This document shows, piece after piece, positions 37,510 to 46,435 of a DNA stretch of 64,000 nt (within the stretch, counting starts at the first letter, position 1; every line of letters starts with the position of its first letter). Source of the DNA: a virus. Where the stretch lies: the IMG/VR virus record IMGVR_UViG_3300046779_002131, positions 33,543-97,542 of that record. One strand, 5' to 3'. A model generated the notes under the pieces. The model searched no databases and was not told the DNA's origin. It was given only the letters and a program-made list of their open reading frames with translations. A program made the translations under genes and the position numbers.

Positions 37510-37951
37510 TTTTTGCTTCTCCTGTCACAGCACGATTATACATTTCCACTGCTGCGGGACTTAGTTCACAGCCCTGATTGATTTCTACACGGCGTTCTTG
37601 AATTTCTTTTTTGACCACTGTGCGAGTGTGATGTACGTGTCGCACACGCTCTTTAATTCGGGTGACAATTCTAGTATTGATTTTCTTACTACGCTGTTCG
37701 GCTGCTGCGAGCTGTGCTTCGACTTCGCGCACACGTTCACGCCACTCCTGTTCTATCACCAAGCCACCGCGCCAGTACACGCCAAGCACAAATATCACTA
37801 CACTAACAATCTGTATGGGCACACGATAGATATTGATATAAGGAAACCTTTTAATAAAGGTAGCCACAGCATAGCCCACTACACCAGCTGCAATCAGGGC
37901 CGTGGTAATGGCTAGAAGCCATGCGTCAGGAAGTAAATGTATTATCCACAT
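37499..37951 (-). CDS. i-spanin (Rz-like)
   Basis: N-terminal TM helices, coiled coil and C-terminal Cys; upstream of the lipoprotein gene. Confidence 0.72.
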   Translation of the reverse strand: MWIIHLLPDAWLLAITTALIAAGVVGYAVATFIKRFPYINIYRVPIQIVSVVIFVLGVYWRGGLVIEQEWRERVREVEAQLAAAEQRSKKINTRIVTRIKERVRHVHHTRTVVKKEIQERRVEINQGCELSPAAVEMYNRAVTGEAKNGK

Positions 37952-37952
37952 A

Positions 37953-38153
37953 TTATTCTTTTACCCGGGGTTCTAGACGTTCTGGCTGAGAATTGGTTTG
38001 AGTGAAATTCCAATCTCGAAACCAACCCAGATATTTCCAAAAACGATGTATCAAATTATTGACAATAATGATGAATATTGCAATCATTACAAAGCCTGCT
38101 CCGTAGAGTAGGCTGGCTGTGAAAAACATTGCTGCTGAAGTTACTTGTTCCAT
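37953..38153 (-). CDS. Small membrane protein
   Basis: Likely start MEQVTS at 38153 (AAGGA RBS); one long TM segment. Confidence 0.6.
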   Translation of the reverse strand: MEQVTSAAMFFTASLLYGAGFVMIAIFIIIVNNLIHRFWKYLGWFRDWNFTQTNSQPERLEPRVKE

Positions 38154-38190
38154 TTCGTATTCCTTGTTGTTTCTGTTTATAAGTAGTGCT

Positions 38191-39387
38191 ATGAATGTTG
38201 TTATACTTACTCCTGATCGCGTGGGCTCCACATTATTGCAGCGACTGATCACTGTGTATATGCAGTTTCACCAATTTGACCAACCAGTAATTAATCTACA
38301 CGAGCTTACCAACGGAATCATACGATATTATTCGCCTGTATTTAACTGTGAAGTTCTGGGCAAAGAACACACCGCGGACTGGGGTTATCATCAGACCCTG
38401 CCGGAAATTGCGGATATGTTACAGAGTGTGCCACACTATAAAACATCTAGACTAGCACAGTATCACATCCGCAATCGCCAGGACAGCATTGCTGACCAAC
38501 TGCCGTTTTATCAATATCTTAACGACAACTTCTTTGTTATATCTGCTCAGAGAGACAACCTACTAGAACATGCTCTCAGCTGGTGCATCTATGTTGTGAG
38601 CCGCACTCTCAACGTGTATTCACATGCTGACAAATTCAAGTATTTTGCCGAAGTTTATCAGCGTCCCATACGTGTTGAGCGAGAAAACCTGCAGAGATAT
38701 TTGGATAGTTATCGCGAATATCTAGATTGGGTCAATCGTCATTTCCACGTTCACAGTTACTTTCATTATGATCGATACGTCGGTAACCTTGAAGATTATA
38801 TTTTAAACTTACCGATATTTCACAGTCAACCAAAACGACTAACCTGGCAGGATAATTTTGATCTGGAATTTCAGGACTGGAATCGTTGTCATTATCTCTG
38901 TTCAGATATGTCGGGATTCAGCGCAAAACTAGATCCCGACCAATTGCAGATTGGTTATAACAATGCTCAGGGCCTGGAAACTCTTGAGTTGGCTAAATTC
39001 CGTCAGTACGACATTGCCGAAGTATTTCGACATCTGGGCTCAGCAGATCGGGCTTTTTTGCGTGATCATGGTGTACGCTACAAACGCAGCATGCAGGCAC
39101 TGGATGAATTAATTGATAACAAAATCCTACACACCGGAGTGCCAGTGAAACTACAGACCTTTTTGGAAAAGCGTCAGATAATTGAGAATTTCTCTGAGGT
39201 TGTGGCTTGGTACAATGAATGGGTTGATCAAAACGGTCTAGGTGAAATCTATACCGAGCAGCAGTTATTGGAATCTGCTGCTAGTGAGATTCGTAATTAC
39301 CACGCAGTCGGTCCACTAATCGATCAGCAAAAGGACGACGTCCCGCACGAATCTCCTCGTCTAACCAGTGATCCGACACCGGACTGA
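38191..39387 (+). CDS. P-loop sulfotransferase-like protein
   Basis: VILTPDRVGSTLL, LHE, QRDNLLEHALSW; likely start at 38191 after TATAAGTA. Confidence 0.65.
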   Translation: MNVVILTPDRVGSTLLQRLITVYMQFHQFDQPVINLHELTNGIIRYYSPVFNCEVLGKEHTADWGYHQTLPEIADMLQSVPHYKTSRLAQYHIRNRQDSIADQLPFYQYLNDNFFVISAQRDNLLEHALSWCIYVVSRTLNVYSHADKFKYFAEVYQRPIRVERENLQRYLDSYREYLDWVNRHFHVHSYFHYDRYVGNLEDYILNLPIFHSQPKRLTWQDNFDLEFQDWNRCHYLCSDMSGFSAKLDPDQLQIGYNNAQGLETLELAKFRQYDIAEVFRHLGSADRAFLRDHGVRYKRSMQALDELIDNKILHTGVPVKLQTFLEKRQIIENFSEVVAWYNEWVDQNGLGEIYTEQQLLESAASEIRNYHAVGPLIDQQKDDVPHESPRLTSDPTPD

Positions 39388-39991
39388 TATATTTGCTATT
39401 GGGCGGTGTATCTAGTCCCACCAGGCAATTTTCTAAATCCACAGGTACGTTCAACAACCCACTGAGATATTTGACATAAGTTTCGCGCCACGCAAACAGT
39501 GATTCGTGTGATATAAAATGTATGTCGAAATCATCTAGATCCCGGTGGTCTATTAGACTGCGATAATGCACTTGCGCATCATTTAATGTCACTGCATTGC
39601 CAACACGATGTTGCTGTTCGATGTTTATGAGATGGTCCCGCACCACAATGGCCACAGTGACTTCTACACCAGCACTGCGAGCTCGACGCACAACTTCGGC
39701 AATTTTGGGGAATCTACGAACACCGTCATAAAAGAACGGCGCTGACACATTGGCCACAAGATATTGTTTGCCGTCAAACTCCCGATCCACATCAAATCTC
39801 TCGGGCCAGACCCAGTATTCAGCTAGCGGCTCTTGATCGCTGGGTACCCAATATTGTTCCTGTAGTTCAGTCCAACCGCGTACCGCAGGGTGCCAGCTAA
39901 AGATGCGAGAAAATAAATGATTTCCCGACCCCTGTGGACCGGTAATGATCAATAAATGACGTTTAGCGGGCGTAGCGTTGTTGTCCGACAT
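39281..39991 (-). CDS. P-loop sulfotransferase/kinase-like protein
   Basis: IITGPQGSGNHLF, IVVRD, ISHE. Confidence 0.6.
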   Translation of the reverse strand: MSDNNATPAKRHLLIITGPQGSGNHLFSRIFSWHPAVRGWTELQEQYWVPSDQEPLAEYWVWPERFDVDREFDGKQYLVANVSAPFFYDGVRRFPKIAEVVRRARSAGVEVTVAIVVRDHLINIEQQHRVGNAVTLNDAQVHYRSLIDHRDLDDFDIHFISHESLFAWRETYVKYLSGLLNVPVDLENCLVGLDTPPNSKYISPVSDHWLDEEIRAGRRPFADRLVDRLRGNYESH

Positions 39992-40634
39992 AGGTTCTAA
40001 TCTTTAGAGGGTTGACTTCGTCTGTGGGTCCGGTTCCAGAATCTGGGGCAAAAACAAAAAGAACAACATCTTCATTTTCGTAGGGGCAGGTAAAATTGTG
40101 CAAGACATTTCTTTTCATAAAGAATACGTCACCTGTTTGTAGCGGAAACTCGCCGTCGTCTAACTCAACTCGACCCAGGCCTTTTAGAACCATGCCCACT
40201 CTATGGCTAGGGTGAGTATGCAGAGTTTGATACATACCTGCGGGGAAATGCACATAATTGACCACAGGATCGCCAAGTCTGCCGGGATTCACAGCAGTGG
40301 TGTTGGTGCCGCCATCAATATAACTTAAATTGCCCTGACCCAATTGATCTTGCACAAAGTAACGACTTTCTAATAGATGTAGTCCCAGATATTCAATGAC
40401 CACAGCAGTACCATCCATTGCTTTGATTGTAAAATGATTGTTGACTGCGAATGCTGCATTGACGTTTTCAAACTTTGCATTGTCTGCGTAGTAACTGGCA
40501 TTTTGTAGCATTATGTAATAAATGCCTCGAGTAGCATCAAATGCCTGACTCTGATTGTTGTCTATTTTTGTGACTCTTAAAGGCCAACGGTCCTGAGTTT
40601 CGTATGTGCCTTTTACTAAAAACATATCATTCAT
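39963..40634 (-). CDS. Cupin domain protein
   Basis: QTLHTHPSHRVGMVLKG.G...GDVFF...HNF. Confidence 0.8.
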   Translation of the reverse strand: MNDMFLVKGTYETQDRWPLRVTKIDNNQSQAFDATRGIYYIMLQNASYYADNAKFENVNAAFAVNNHFTIKAMDGTAVVIEYLGLHLLESRYFVQDQLGQGNLSYIDGGTNTTAVNPGRLGDPVVNYVHFPAGMYQTLHTHPSHRVGMVLKGLGRVELDDGEFPLQTGDVFFMKRNVLHNFTCPYENEDVVLFVFAPDSGTGPTDEVNPLKIRTYVGQQRYAR

Positions 40635-41179
40635 AATTTCATTACCTGTTGTATTTCTGCAGGAATAAATGGCTCAGCCATTCTTTCAGGATGCCAGACA
40701 ATTCCTGCCATTTGTCCGTCAATCCAGCTTTCAATATTACCGTCGGCATCTTGGGCCAACGTAGTTGCAGTGCTGTGTGTATGCACGATGCCTTGATTGT
40801 GAAAACTGTTTACTGCGATTCGTCTACCAAAATAATCAATATCATGCTGGGAGTCTGAGTGTCCGCTGACTGGGAGTACTTGCCCACCTAGAACATCTGT
40901 AAGCAAGAAAGCCCCATGACAGATGCCTAGAATTGGTCGATAGGACATCATCATTGTGGAGGCTATTTTTAACTCTGTTGCTCTACGAGCCGCGGAATCG
41001 TCCCCACCTGTTATTATAAGACAATCAAGAGTTGCTGTCAACTCTGCAAAATCTTGATCTAGGGTATTGGGAATAAAAAAGAGCTTATGACCGTCTAGGA
41101 ACTGGTACCAAGCATGTTCCACGGAGTCATAAGCCCTATTTTTATGATATAGGACTCGTTGTGTAAGCCCTATATTCAA
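40631..41179 (-). CDS. Class I glutamine amidotransferase (peptidase C26-like)
   Basis: LIITGG, PILGICHG, VNSFH, WHPE catalytic triad motifs. Confidence 0.88.
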   Translation of the reverse strand: MNIGLTQRVLYHKNRAYDSVEHAWYQFLDGHKLFFIPNTLDQDFAELTATLDCLIITGGDDSAARRATELKIASTMMMSYRPILGICHGAFLLTDVLGGQVLPVSGHSDSQHDIDYFGRRIAVNSFHNQGIVHTHSTATTLAQDADGNIESWIDGQMAGIVWHPERMAEPFIPAEIQQVMKL

Positions 41180-41878
41180 TTACCAACCGTAGGCTTCGGC
41201 TACTAACTTACGACCTTCTTCGGCAGCTACAGTGTTGCGGCAGCTGATGTCATAAAGGTCACGACGCATCTGAACTACTAGAGCTTCAATACGTGCTTGT
41301 TCTTCAGCAGTGCCCACAAGCTTTTCTAGTTTCATTGCACCGATGTTTGAGTGAAAGCCTTCGTCACGTGCAATTTTAGCATAGGATTTGCTGATAAACT
41401 CGTCTTCGATGCAGTCGGCCATTTGATTCCAAACAGCTTCGGCGCGACCTTCTGCAACCAACTGATAAGCAGCTAGAGCAGCAGCATCTGTACCGGCTTC
41501 GTACTTGTCTAACAGTGCAGCACCTTTGGCTGTGTTCTGTGCTGCTTCGCGAGCGATGGCAGCTTCAACATCAACTGGTGAGCCTTGAATGTGCTCGATC
41601 ACTTCTTTGACAAGACGGAAGTGTACAGCTTCGTCGTGTGCTTGTTGTGTCAACAGTTGCAGTTCAACTGGGTCTGCATCGGCAGGCATTTCTGCAATGG
41701 CACGGCTGATTTCAACCATGTTCATGCGCTCGTTGACCATACGACCGATAAAGTGATCAACTAGCTCTTGTTGTGCTGGCTTAGAATCAAAGTAGGCCTT
41801 GACATTGATCTGGCTGGCTCGAAACAGTGCTTCGTTGTCTTTTTTAATTTTTTGTACAAAATCTCGTGCTGATAGCAT
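41180..41878 (-). CDS. Ferritin-like diiron protein
   Basis: Two ExxH motifs (DEAVH, DEGFH) with upstream Glu ligands; all-helical; AAGGAG RBS. Confidence 0.8.
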   Translation of the reverse strand: MLSARDFVQKIKKDNEALFRASQINVKAYFDSKPAQQELVDHFIGRMVNERMNMVEISRAIAEMPADADPVELQLLTQQAHDEAVHFRLVKEVIEHIQGSPVDVEAAIAREAAQNTAKGAALLDKYEAGTDAAALAAYQLVAEGRAEAVWNQMADCIEDEFISKSYAKIARDEGFHSNIGAMKLEKLVGTAEEQARIEALVVQMRRDLYDISCRNTVAAEEGRKLVAEAYGW

Positions 41879-41948
41879 TTTTTGAATCTCCTTATAAGAA
41901 TTACTTAGCTAAGTGAAAATTTTTAACAAACTTTCATGTTTATTTATC

Positions 41949-42608
41949 CTAGCCCCATTTTTTTATTAGACCCAAAAATCGCTCAGTAGCTGGTGTGCGG
42001 CGTCCTGTGAGTTGCAGGGTAACTCTAGGGCGGTGTCCGGCATTGGCTGTGCAATGTGGCACATTGCGCCAGTCAAAGGTTATGACTTCTCCAGCACGCC
42101 AACCGCGATACTGATAATTGCCAAATTCCCAGAACTGCCCGGGTTGCCAGTCCGTGAGTTGAATCATTATGCGCATGACTTCTTTGGGGTTGTCAGGAGA
42201 GAATTTATCCAGCTTGTCAATGTGTCGTGTCCAGACCTGTCCGGGTAATTGTACGTGCAGGCGATTCATGGCATTGTCTAGAGCAAAGCCGTGAGCTATT
42301 TCCTGCAGACTGGGCGGCAATGTCCAGCCAATATTGCTGATAGTCATAGCAGGGTCAGCACCAATACGTGCTAGATCATTTTCCTCGGCTTCAAGATCTT
42401 CAGTGGGAATTTCCACTCCGGCTTGGCGGTAACCACGTGTGGCCCAAGTGGCCTGAGTACTTTCATTGACAATGTCTTCGATATCCCCGGACCAGGCATC
42501 AGGATCAATCCACCCTAGGCCAATTACTGTGTCCCAGCGTGGATCCATGCGGGTACGATCAAAATGATAACGACTTTTTAATACTGTTGAATCCCAGCTT
42601 GATTTCAT
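41949..42608 (-). CDS. 2OG-Fe(II) oxygenase/cupin-like protein
   Basis: HID (HxD), W.PGQF, W.AGE...FDW.NVPHCTAN...R.TLQ.TG. Confidence 0.7.
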   Translation of the reverse strand: MKSSWDSTVLKSRYHFDRTRMDPRWDTVIGLGWIDPDAWSGDIEDIVNESTQATWATRGYRQAGVEIPTEDLEAEENDLARIGADPAMTISNIGWTLPPSLQEIAHGFALDNAMNRLHVQLPGQVWTRHIDKLDKFSPDNPKEVMRIMIQLTDWQPGQFWEFGNYQYRGWRAGEVITFDWRNVPHCTANAGHRPRVTLQLTGRRTPATERFLGLIKKWG

Positions 42609-43234
42609 ATCACAGCTACCTTTATGTCATTTATTTCATAGTCCTGGCGATATTCTGCCGGTGGAGTATCAATACCCAGTAATCGGGCAAGATGTTGATT
42701 GTTGTTGGCTCTACGATAGGCATTGTTGTGCCAGTGATGCTTGAGAGCTGAATTTTGTTGATTGATTTCCCGCCCCATTTCGCTAAGATTTTGATACCAT
42801 TGATAATTGGGATAGGTAATATCAAAATGTCCACAGCGCACCCACCAACCCAGACAAGCATCATTTTCTCGATGTACCAACACAATCGGGCACTCGGGCC
42901 AGGTGTTTTTCAAAAAATCCAAATGATAGCAGAACACATGGCTTTTGACAATGCGTATGGGATTTGGCCCTGACAACACAAAAAACGGACGATCAAATTC
43001 AGCTTCGCATTCGGCCTTTGACATTTGGCTTAGATTTTCAAAATTGCTGCCAAATTCCATACCTGGATCCCAGTACGCACCTAGATGCATTAGCTGAAGG
43101 GTACCTGCAGCGTCATGATAGTATGTGCGACTTTCGTTGTAATCGGTATGATCGATGCTGGAACTCCAATAGATATTTTTTACAACACTGCTCCATTTTG
43201 AGCCCGGAGCACCGGCTACGAAGATATATTTCAT
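42605..43234 (-). CDS. P-loop sulfotransferase-like protein
   Basis: IFVAGAPGSKWS, IVKSH, IVLVHR. Confidence 0.6.
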   Translation of the reverse strand: MKYIFVAGAPGSKWSSVVKNIYWSSSIDHTDYNESRTYYHDAAGTLQLMHLGAYWDPGMEFGSNFENLSQMSKAECEAEFDRPFFVLSGPNPIRIVKSHVFCYHLDFLKNTWPECPIVLVHRENDACLGWWVRCGHFDITYPNYQWYQNLSEMGREINQQNSALKHHWHNNAYRRANNNQHLARLLGIDTPPAEYRQDYEINDIKVAVI

Positions 43235-43294
43235 ACAGTCCTTGGAAATTTTGTATAACTATGTATTGTTCGACGTTATAGTAGGAAAAATATT

Positions 43295-44044
43295 ATGAAT
43301 ACTAAAATTTATGCGCATCTAATAGAAAAAATTGAAGAAACTTTTAGTTTACCAAGATATTCTCACTTGCATGGAAAAATTTCTGCAGATACAGCATTGG
43401 ATTCGCTGCCCTGGACCCCGGCACGTCAGCAAAAGCTCGAACAACAACTGAGTACTACATTTGATTTAGCAGTGGATTTATCACAAGGCACTGTGGCTTC
43501 ATTGACTCACAGCGTTGATCAACGTTATATGAATCGATTCTTTGGTGAAATTTGGAAGCCCAAAACCGAAGATTACATGTATTCAGGCTGGAACCTAGTG
43601 GATCAAATCAACGCTCAAAATCCCCGGAGTGTGTTGGATTATGGTTGTGGTTACAATCAATTTTCAGGACGTATTCAAAATCTCATAGGTATTGATCCCT
43701 ATAATAACTGTGCGGATTATATGGTAGACATCTTAGAATTCAATGTAGAACCTGCAAGTTTTGACCACATCATAGTATTTGGCAGTTTGAATTTCAACAG
43801 TCAAGCAGATATCGAACAACGTTTTGCTAGATTAGTAGAATTATTACAGAACAAAGGTCATATGTATTTCAGAGTCAATCCCGGAATTACACACCCCAAT
43901 GGACCTTGGGTTGATATATTTCCCTGGAGTTTTGAGATTGCCTATGATTTTGCTCGCAAATACAAATTAGATTTGACTACATTCAAACGAGATCGCAACG
44001 ATCGTTATTATTTTGAATACGTCAAGCTCGACGATTCTGAATAA
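43295..44044 (+). CDS. Class I SAM methyltransferase with small helical N-terminal domain
   Basis: VLDYGCG, IGID, FD.I..FGSLNF. Confidence 0.8.
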   Translation: MNTKIYAHLIEKIEETFSLPRYSHLHGKISADTALDSLPWTPARQQKLEQQLSTTFDLAVDLSQGTVASLTHSVDQRYMNRFFGEIWKPKTEDYMYSGWNLVDQINAQNPRSVLDYGCGYNQFSGRIQNLIGIDPYNNCADYMVDILEFNVEPASFDHIIVFGSLNFNSQADIEQRFARLVELLQNKGHMYFRVNPGITHPNGPWVDIFPWSFEIAYDFARKYKLDLTTFKRDRNDRYYFEYVKLDDSE

Positions 44045-44405
44045 CCCCAGCAAGTTCTTGTAGTCTACCCAGCAGTGCTTGAGCTTGGGGATTGTTGGCA
44101 ACCTGCGTGGCTGTGACCGGTGCAGACGGGACGGCTGTTTTACCTGGAACTACTGGAGTGTTTGCTGCCTGTGCGCTGGTAGTGGTCTGTGGTTGTGCAA
44201 CCGGAGCCGCAGTGGCCGGAGCAGTGGGTGCGGGCTTGGCAGTGGAAGCAGAAGGCTTGGCAGCGGCGTCAACAGCCACCCTGGCGTCACCGGGAGTGGA
44301 AACTGTTTGCGCACTAGGCACTCCGCCTGCGGCACTGGGAGTCATGGCAGGTTGTTGGGGTTTGCCTGCGGCCGGTGGTGCTATTAATTCGCGTATAAAT
44401 TTCAT
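44022..44405 (-). CDS. Ala/Pro/Thr-rich low-complexity protein
   Basis: 127 aa; ends RLQELAGV. Confidence 0.6.
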   Translation of the reverse strand: MKFIRELIAPPAAGKPQQPAMTPSAAGGVPSAQTVSTPGDARVAVDAAAKPSASTAKPAPTAPATAAPVAQPQTTTSAQAANTPVVPGKTAVPSAPVTATQVANNPQAQALLGRLQELAGVIQNRRA

Positions 44406-44950
44406 ATTCCAGCTGCGTGTTGCAGTGCTTTAATGGTTGCGTCAGGTTCGTAAATGCGCCTTGTGTCCAGCCCAGCTGCTTCACGAATATCGTTTAATTC
44501 TTTATCAACTTTCTTACGATATTCTGCAGGATTCAGTGGCACCATGGCTTCAAAAGCTTCGCGTGTAAATGGCACTGTTTTGCCATCGTAGTGCATGGTC
44601 CAATCCTCTAGATCATATTCAGTTAGAGTTTCAAGGTCCTTGAGAATTTCTTCTACATGTGCTGCTGCTGAACTGCGACGTCGTATTTCAATGTACACAA
44701 GATAACGATTGGGTTTGACTTCACCGGGGCTCTTGTCAGAATCCAACACAAAGTCATAGCCTTTTTCAAACCAATTCATTAGATCCTTGGCAGCTTGATC
44801 CGAGCGCACATAGAAGCTGATCACAATGATATCATCGTCATCGCCCATTTTTGAAGAAAATTCGTCAACGTGAATACGTGACTTCATCATTCCATCAAGG
44901 TCTTTGTACTCAAGACTCTCAAATAAATGGCTGTGGTTGTCCTGGTGCAT
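44402..44950 (-). CDS. Hypothetical phage protein
   Basis: ORF track 44402..45004; MHQDN at 44950 reduces the overlap with the upstream gene. Confidence 0.7.
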   Translation of the reverse strand: MHQDNHSHLFESLEYKDLDGMMKSRIHVDEFSSKMGDDDDIIVISFYVRSDQAAKDLMNWFEKGYDFVLDSDKSPGEVKPNRYLVYIEIRRRSSAAAHVEEILKDLETLTEYDLEDWTMHYDGKTVPFTREAFEAMVPLNPAEYRKKVDKELNDIREAAGLDTRRIYEPDATIKALQHAAGI

Positions 44951-45524
44951 TTGGCATTCCCATTGGTTGTTGCATGCCAGGAGCTGATCCTGACATTTGA
45001 TCATTTTGTTGATTCTGTTCCTGATCTAGATCTTGATCATATGCATCGTCTAGATCTTCTAGATCAATATCCTCATCTTCCAGTTCAACGGCTCCGGTCC
45101 GGATATCACTCATCAGGCTCTTGGGCATGGTAATTTCTACCAGCCATACCGGCTTTTCAATAATTTTGGCTTTTTTGGTTCCGGGTTGAAAGTCACTGGG
45201 ATTTTCAATTTTAATTGGAATCTTGATACGATCTTTTTTGAATATGACTTCGCAGTCAAACGGTAATAATCTACGGCCGCCACGTGGATCAGGCATGAGA
45301 CGTTCGGGCCACATAAAAATGCAAGTGACTTTGTACTTGCTGATTTTTGGGCCATCTACTAACTCGCCTAGGGCCCAGTTACGATAAGCATATACATCAA
45401 GTTCATCGAGCACACGCTCAAAGTCCAGTAAGTTTAGCAGTATACCCTCGCTCATATAAATGTCACGAATATTCTGCGCTACGTTCCAGTAGTCTTGATG
45501 ATCTTTAAAAATGTCTCGGTCCAT
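44919..45524 (-). CDS. Hypothetical phage protein with acidic tail
   Basis: 201-aa ORF with TAAATA 5 nt upstream. Confidence 0.75.
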   Translation of the reverse strand: MDRDIFKDHQDYWNVAQNIRDIYMSEGILLNLLDFERVLDELDVYAYRNWALGELVDGPKISKYKVTCIFMWPERLMPDPRGGRRLLPFDCEVIFKKDRIKIPIKIENPSDFQPGTKKAKIIEKPVWLVEITMPKSLMSDIRTGAVELEDEDIDLEDLDDAYDQDLDQEQNQQNDQMSGSAPGMQQPMGMPNAPGQPQPFI

Positions 45525-45667
45525 GTTGTTATTTATGGCATAGGGTCTGGCAGTGGGAGTTTGATATCTGCAGGGTCAAGTCTAATACTTAGTCGGAACT
45601 TGCAGAAGTTTCGTACTCAGAAATCAATTTTAAATCGGATCTAAATATCCATGTGAGGTAGCGCACA

Positions 45668-46432
45668 ATGACACAAGGAGATTTGACATTGAGTAGAGCA
45701 CGTGGAGCCAAGGCTCAAAAACGCAACACTGTATCACCTACAGAAATCAACGAAAACACCATAAATTTTTATCCGCGCACACAGTCAAGAAACATCCAGT
45801 TAATTCCCAAAACTCTAGGACAAGAACGATTAATATTAGCACTGCTTGATGCTGATAAAAGCATTGTTGTGGCGTCGGGACCAGCTGGCACTGGTAAAAC
45901 ATATCTAGCAATGCTAGCGGCCATACGAGCTCTACGGTCTGGACACTGTGAACGCTTGGTACTCACACGCCCAGCAGTGGGTGTGGAAGATGAAAAACAC
46001 GGTTTCCTTCCAGGAGATCTTGTGAGCAAAATGGAGCCTTGGACTAGGCCCTTGTTTGATGTCATGCGCGAACATTACCACCCACGTGATATAACTCGCA
46101 TGCTTGACGATCAAATCATTGAAATCAGCCCACTGGCATATATGCGTGGGCGAACATTTAAAAACTCTTGGATTATTGCAGACGAAATGCAAAATGCCAC
46201 GCCAGCACAGATGAAAATGTTGCTGAGTCGCATTGGTGAACAATCCAAGATCATAGTTACGGGTGACGTGGATCAAGCGGATCGTAAAATTAATCAGAAT
46301 GGTCTCCTTGACCTCTGTGAACGATTGGTTGATCACAGAGTCAATGGCCTAAGTGTCGTAGAACTGAACCGACGAGACATCCAACGTCATCCAATCATTG
46401 ACAGCATACTGGAGATATATCAAGATATATAA
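45668..46432 (+). CDS. phoH: PhoH-like ATPase
   Basis: GPAGTGKT, LTRP, GFLPG, YMRGRTF, DEMQN, TGD..Q.D, RHP. Confidence 0.95.
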   Translation: MTQGDLTLSRARGAKAQKRNTVSPTEINENTINFYPRTQSRNIQLIPKTLGQERLILALLDADKSIVVASGPAGTGKTYLAMLAAIRALRSGHCERLVLTRPAVGVEDEKHGFLPGDLVSKMEPWTRPLFDVMREHYHPRDITRMLDDQIIEISPLAYMRGRTFKNSWIIADEMQNATPAQMKMLLSRIGEQSKIIVTGDVDQADRKINQNGLLDLCERLVDHRVNGLSVVELNRRDIQRHPIIDSILEIYQDI

Positions 46433-46435
46433 TAG

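Noticed and set aside
39281-39387. 107-bp convergent overlap of two sulfotransferase-like genes as an antisense system
   Set aside because: The overlap covers only low-information C-terminal tails; similar overlaps occur at 44022-44044 and 47004-47065 and fit genome compaction.
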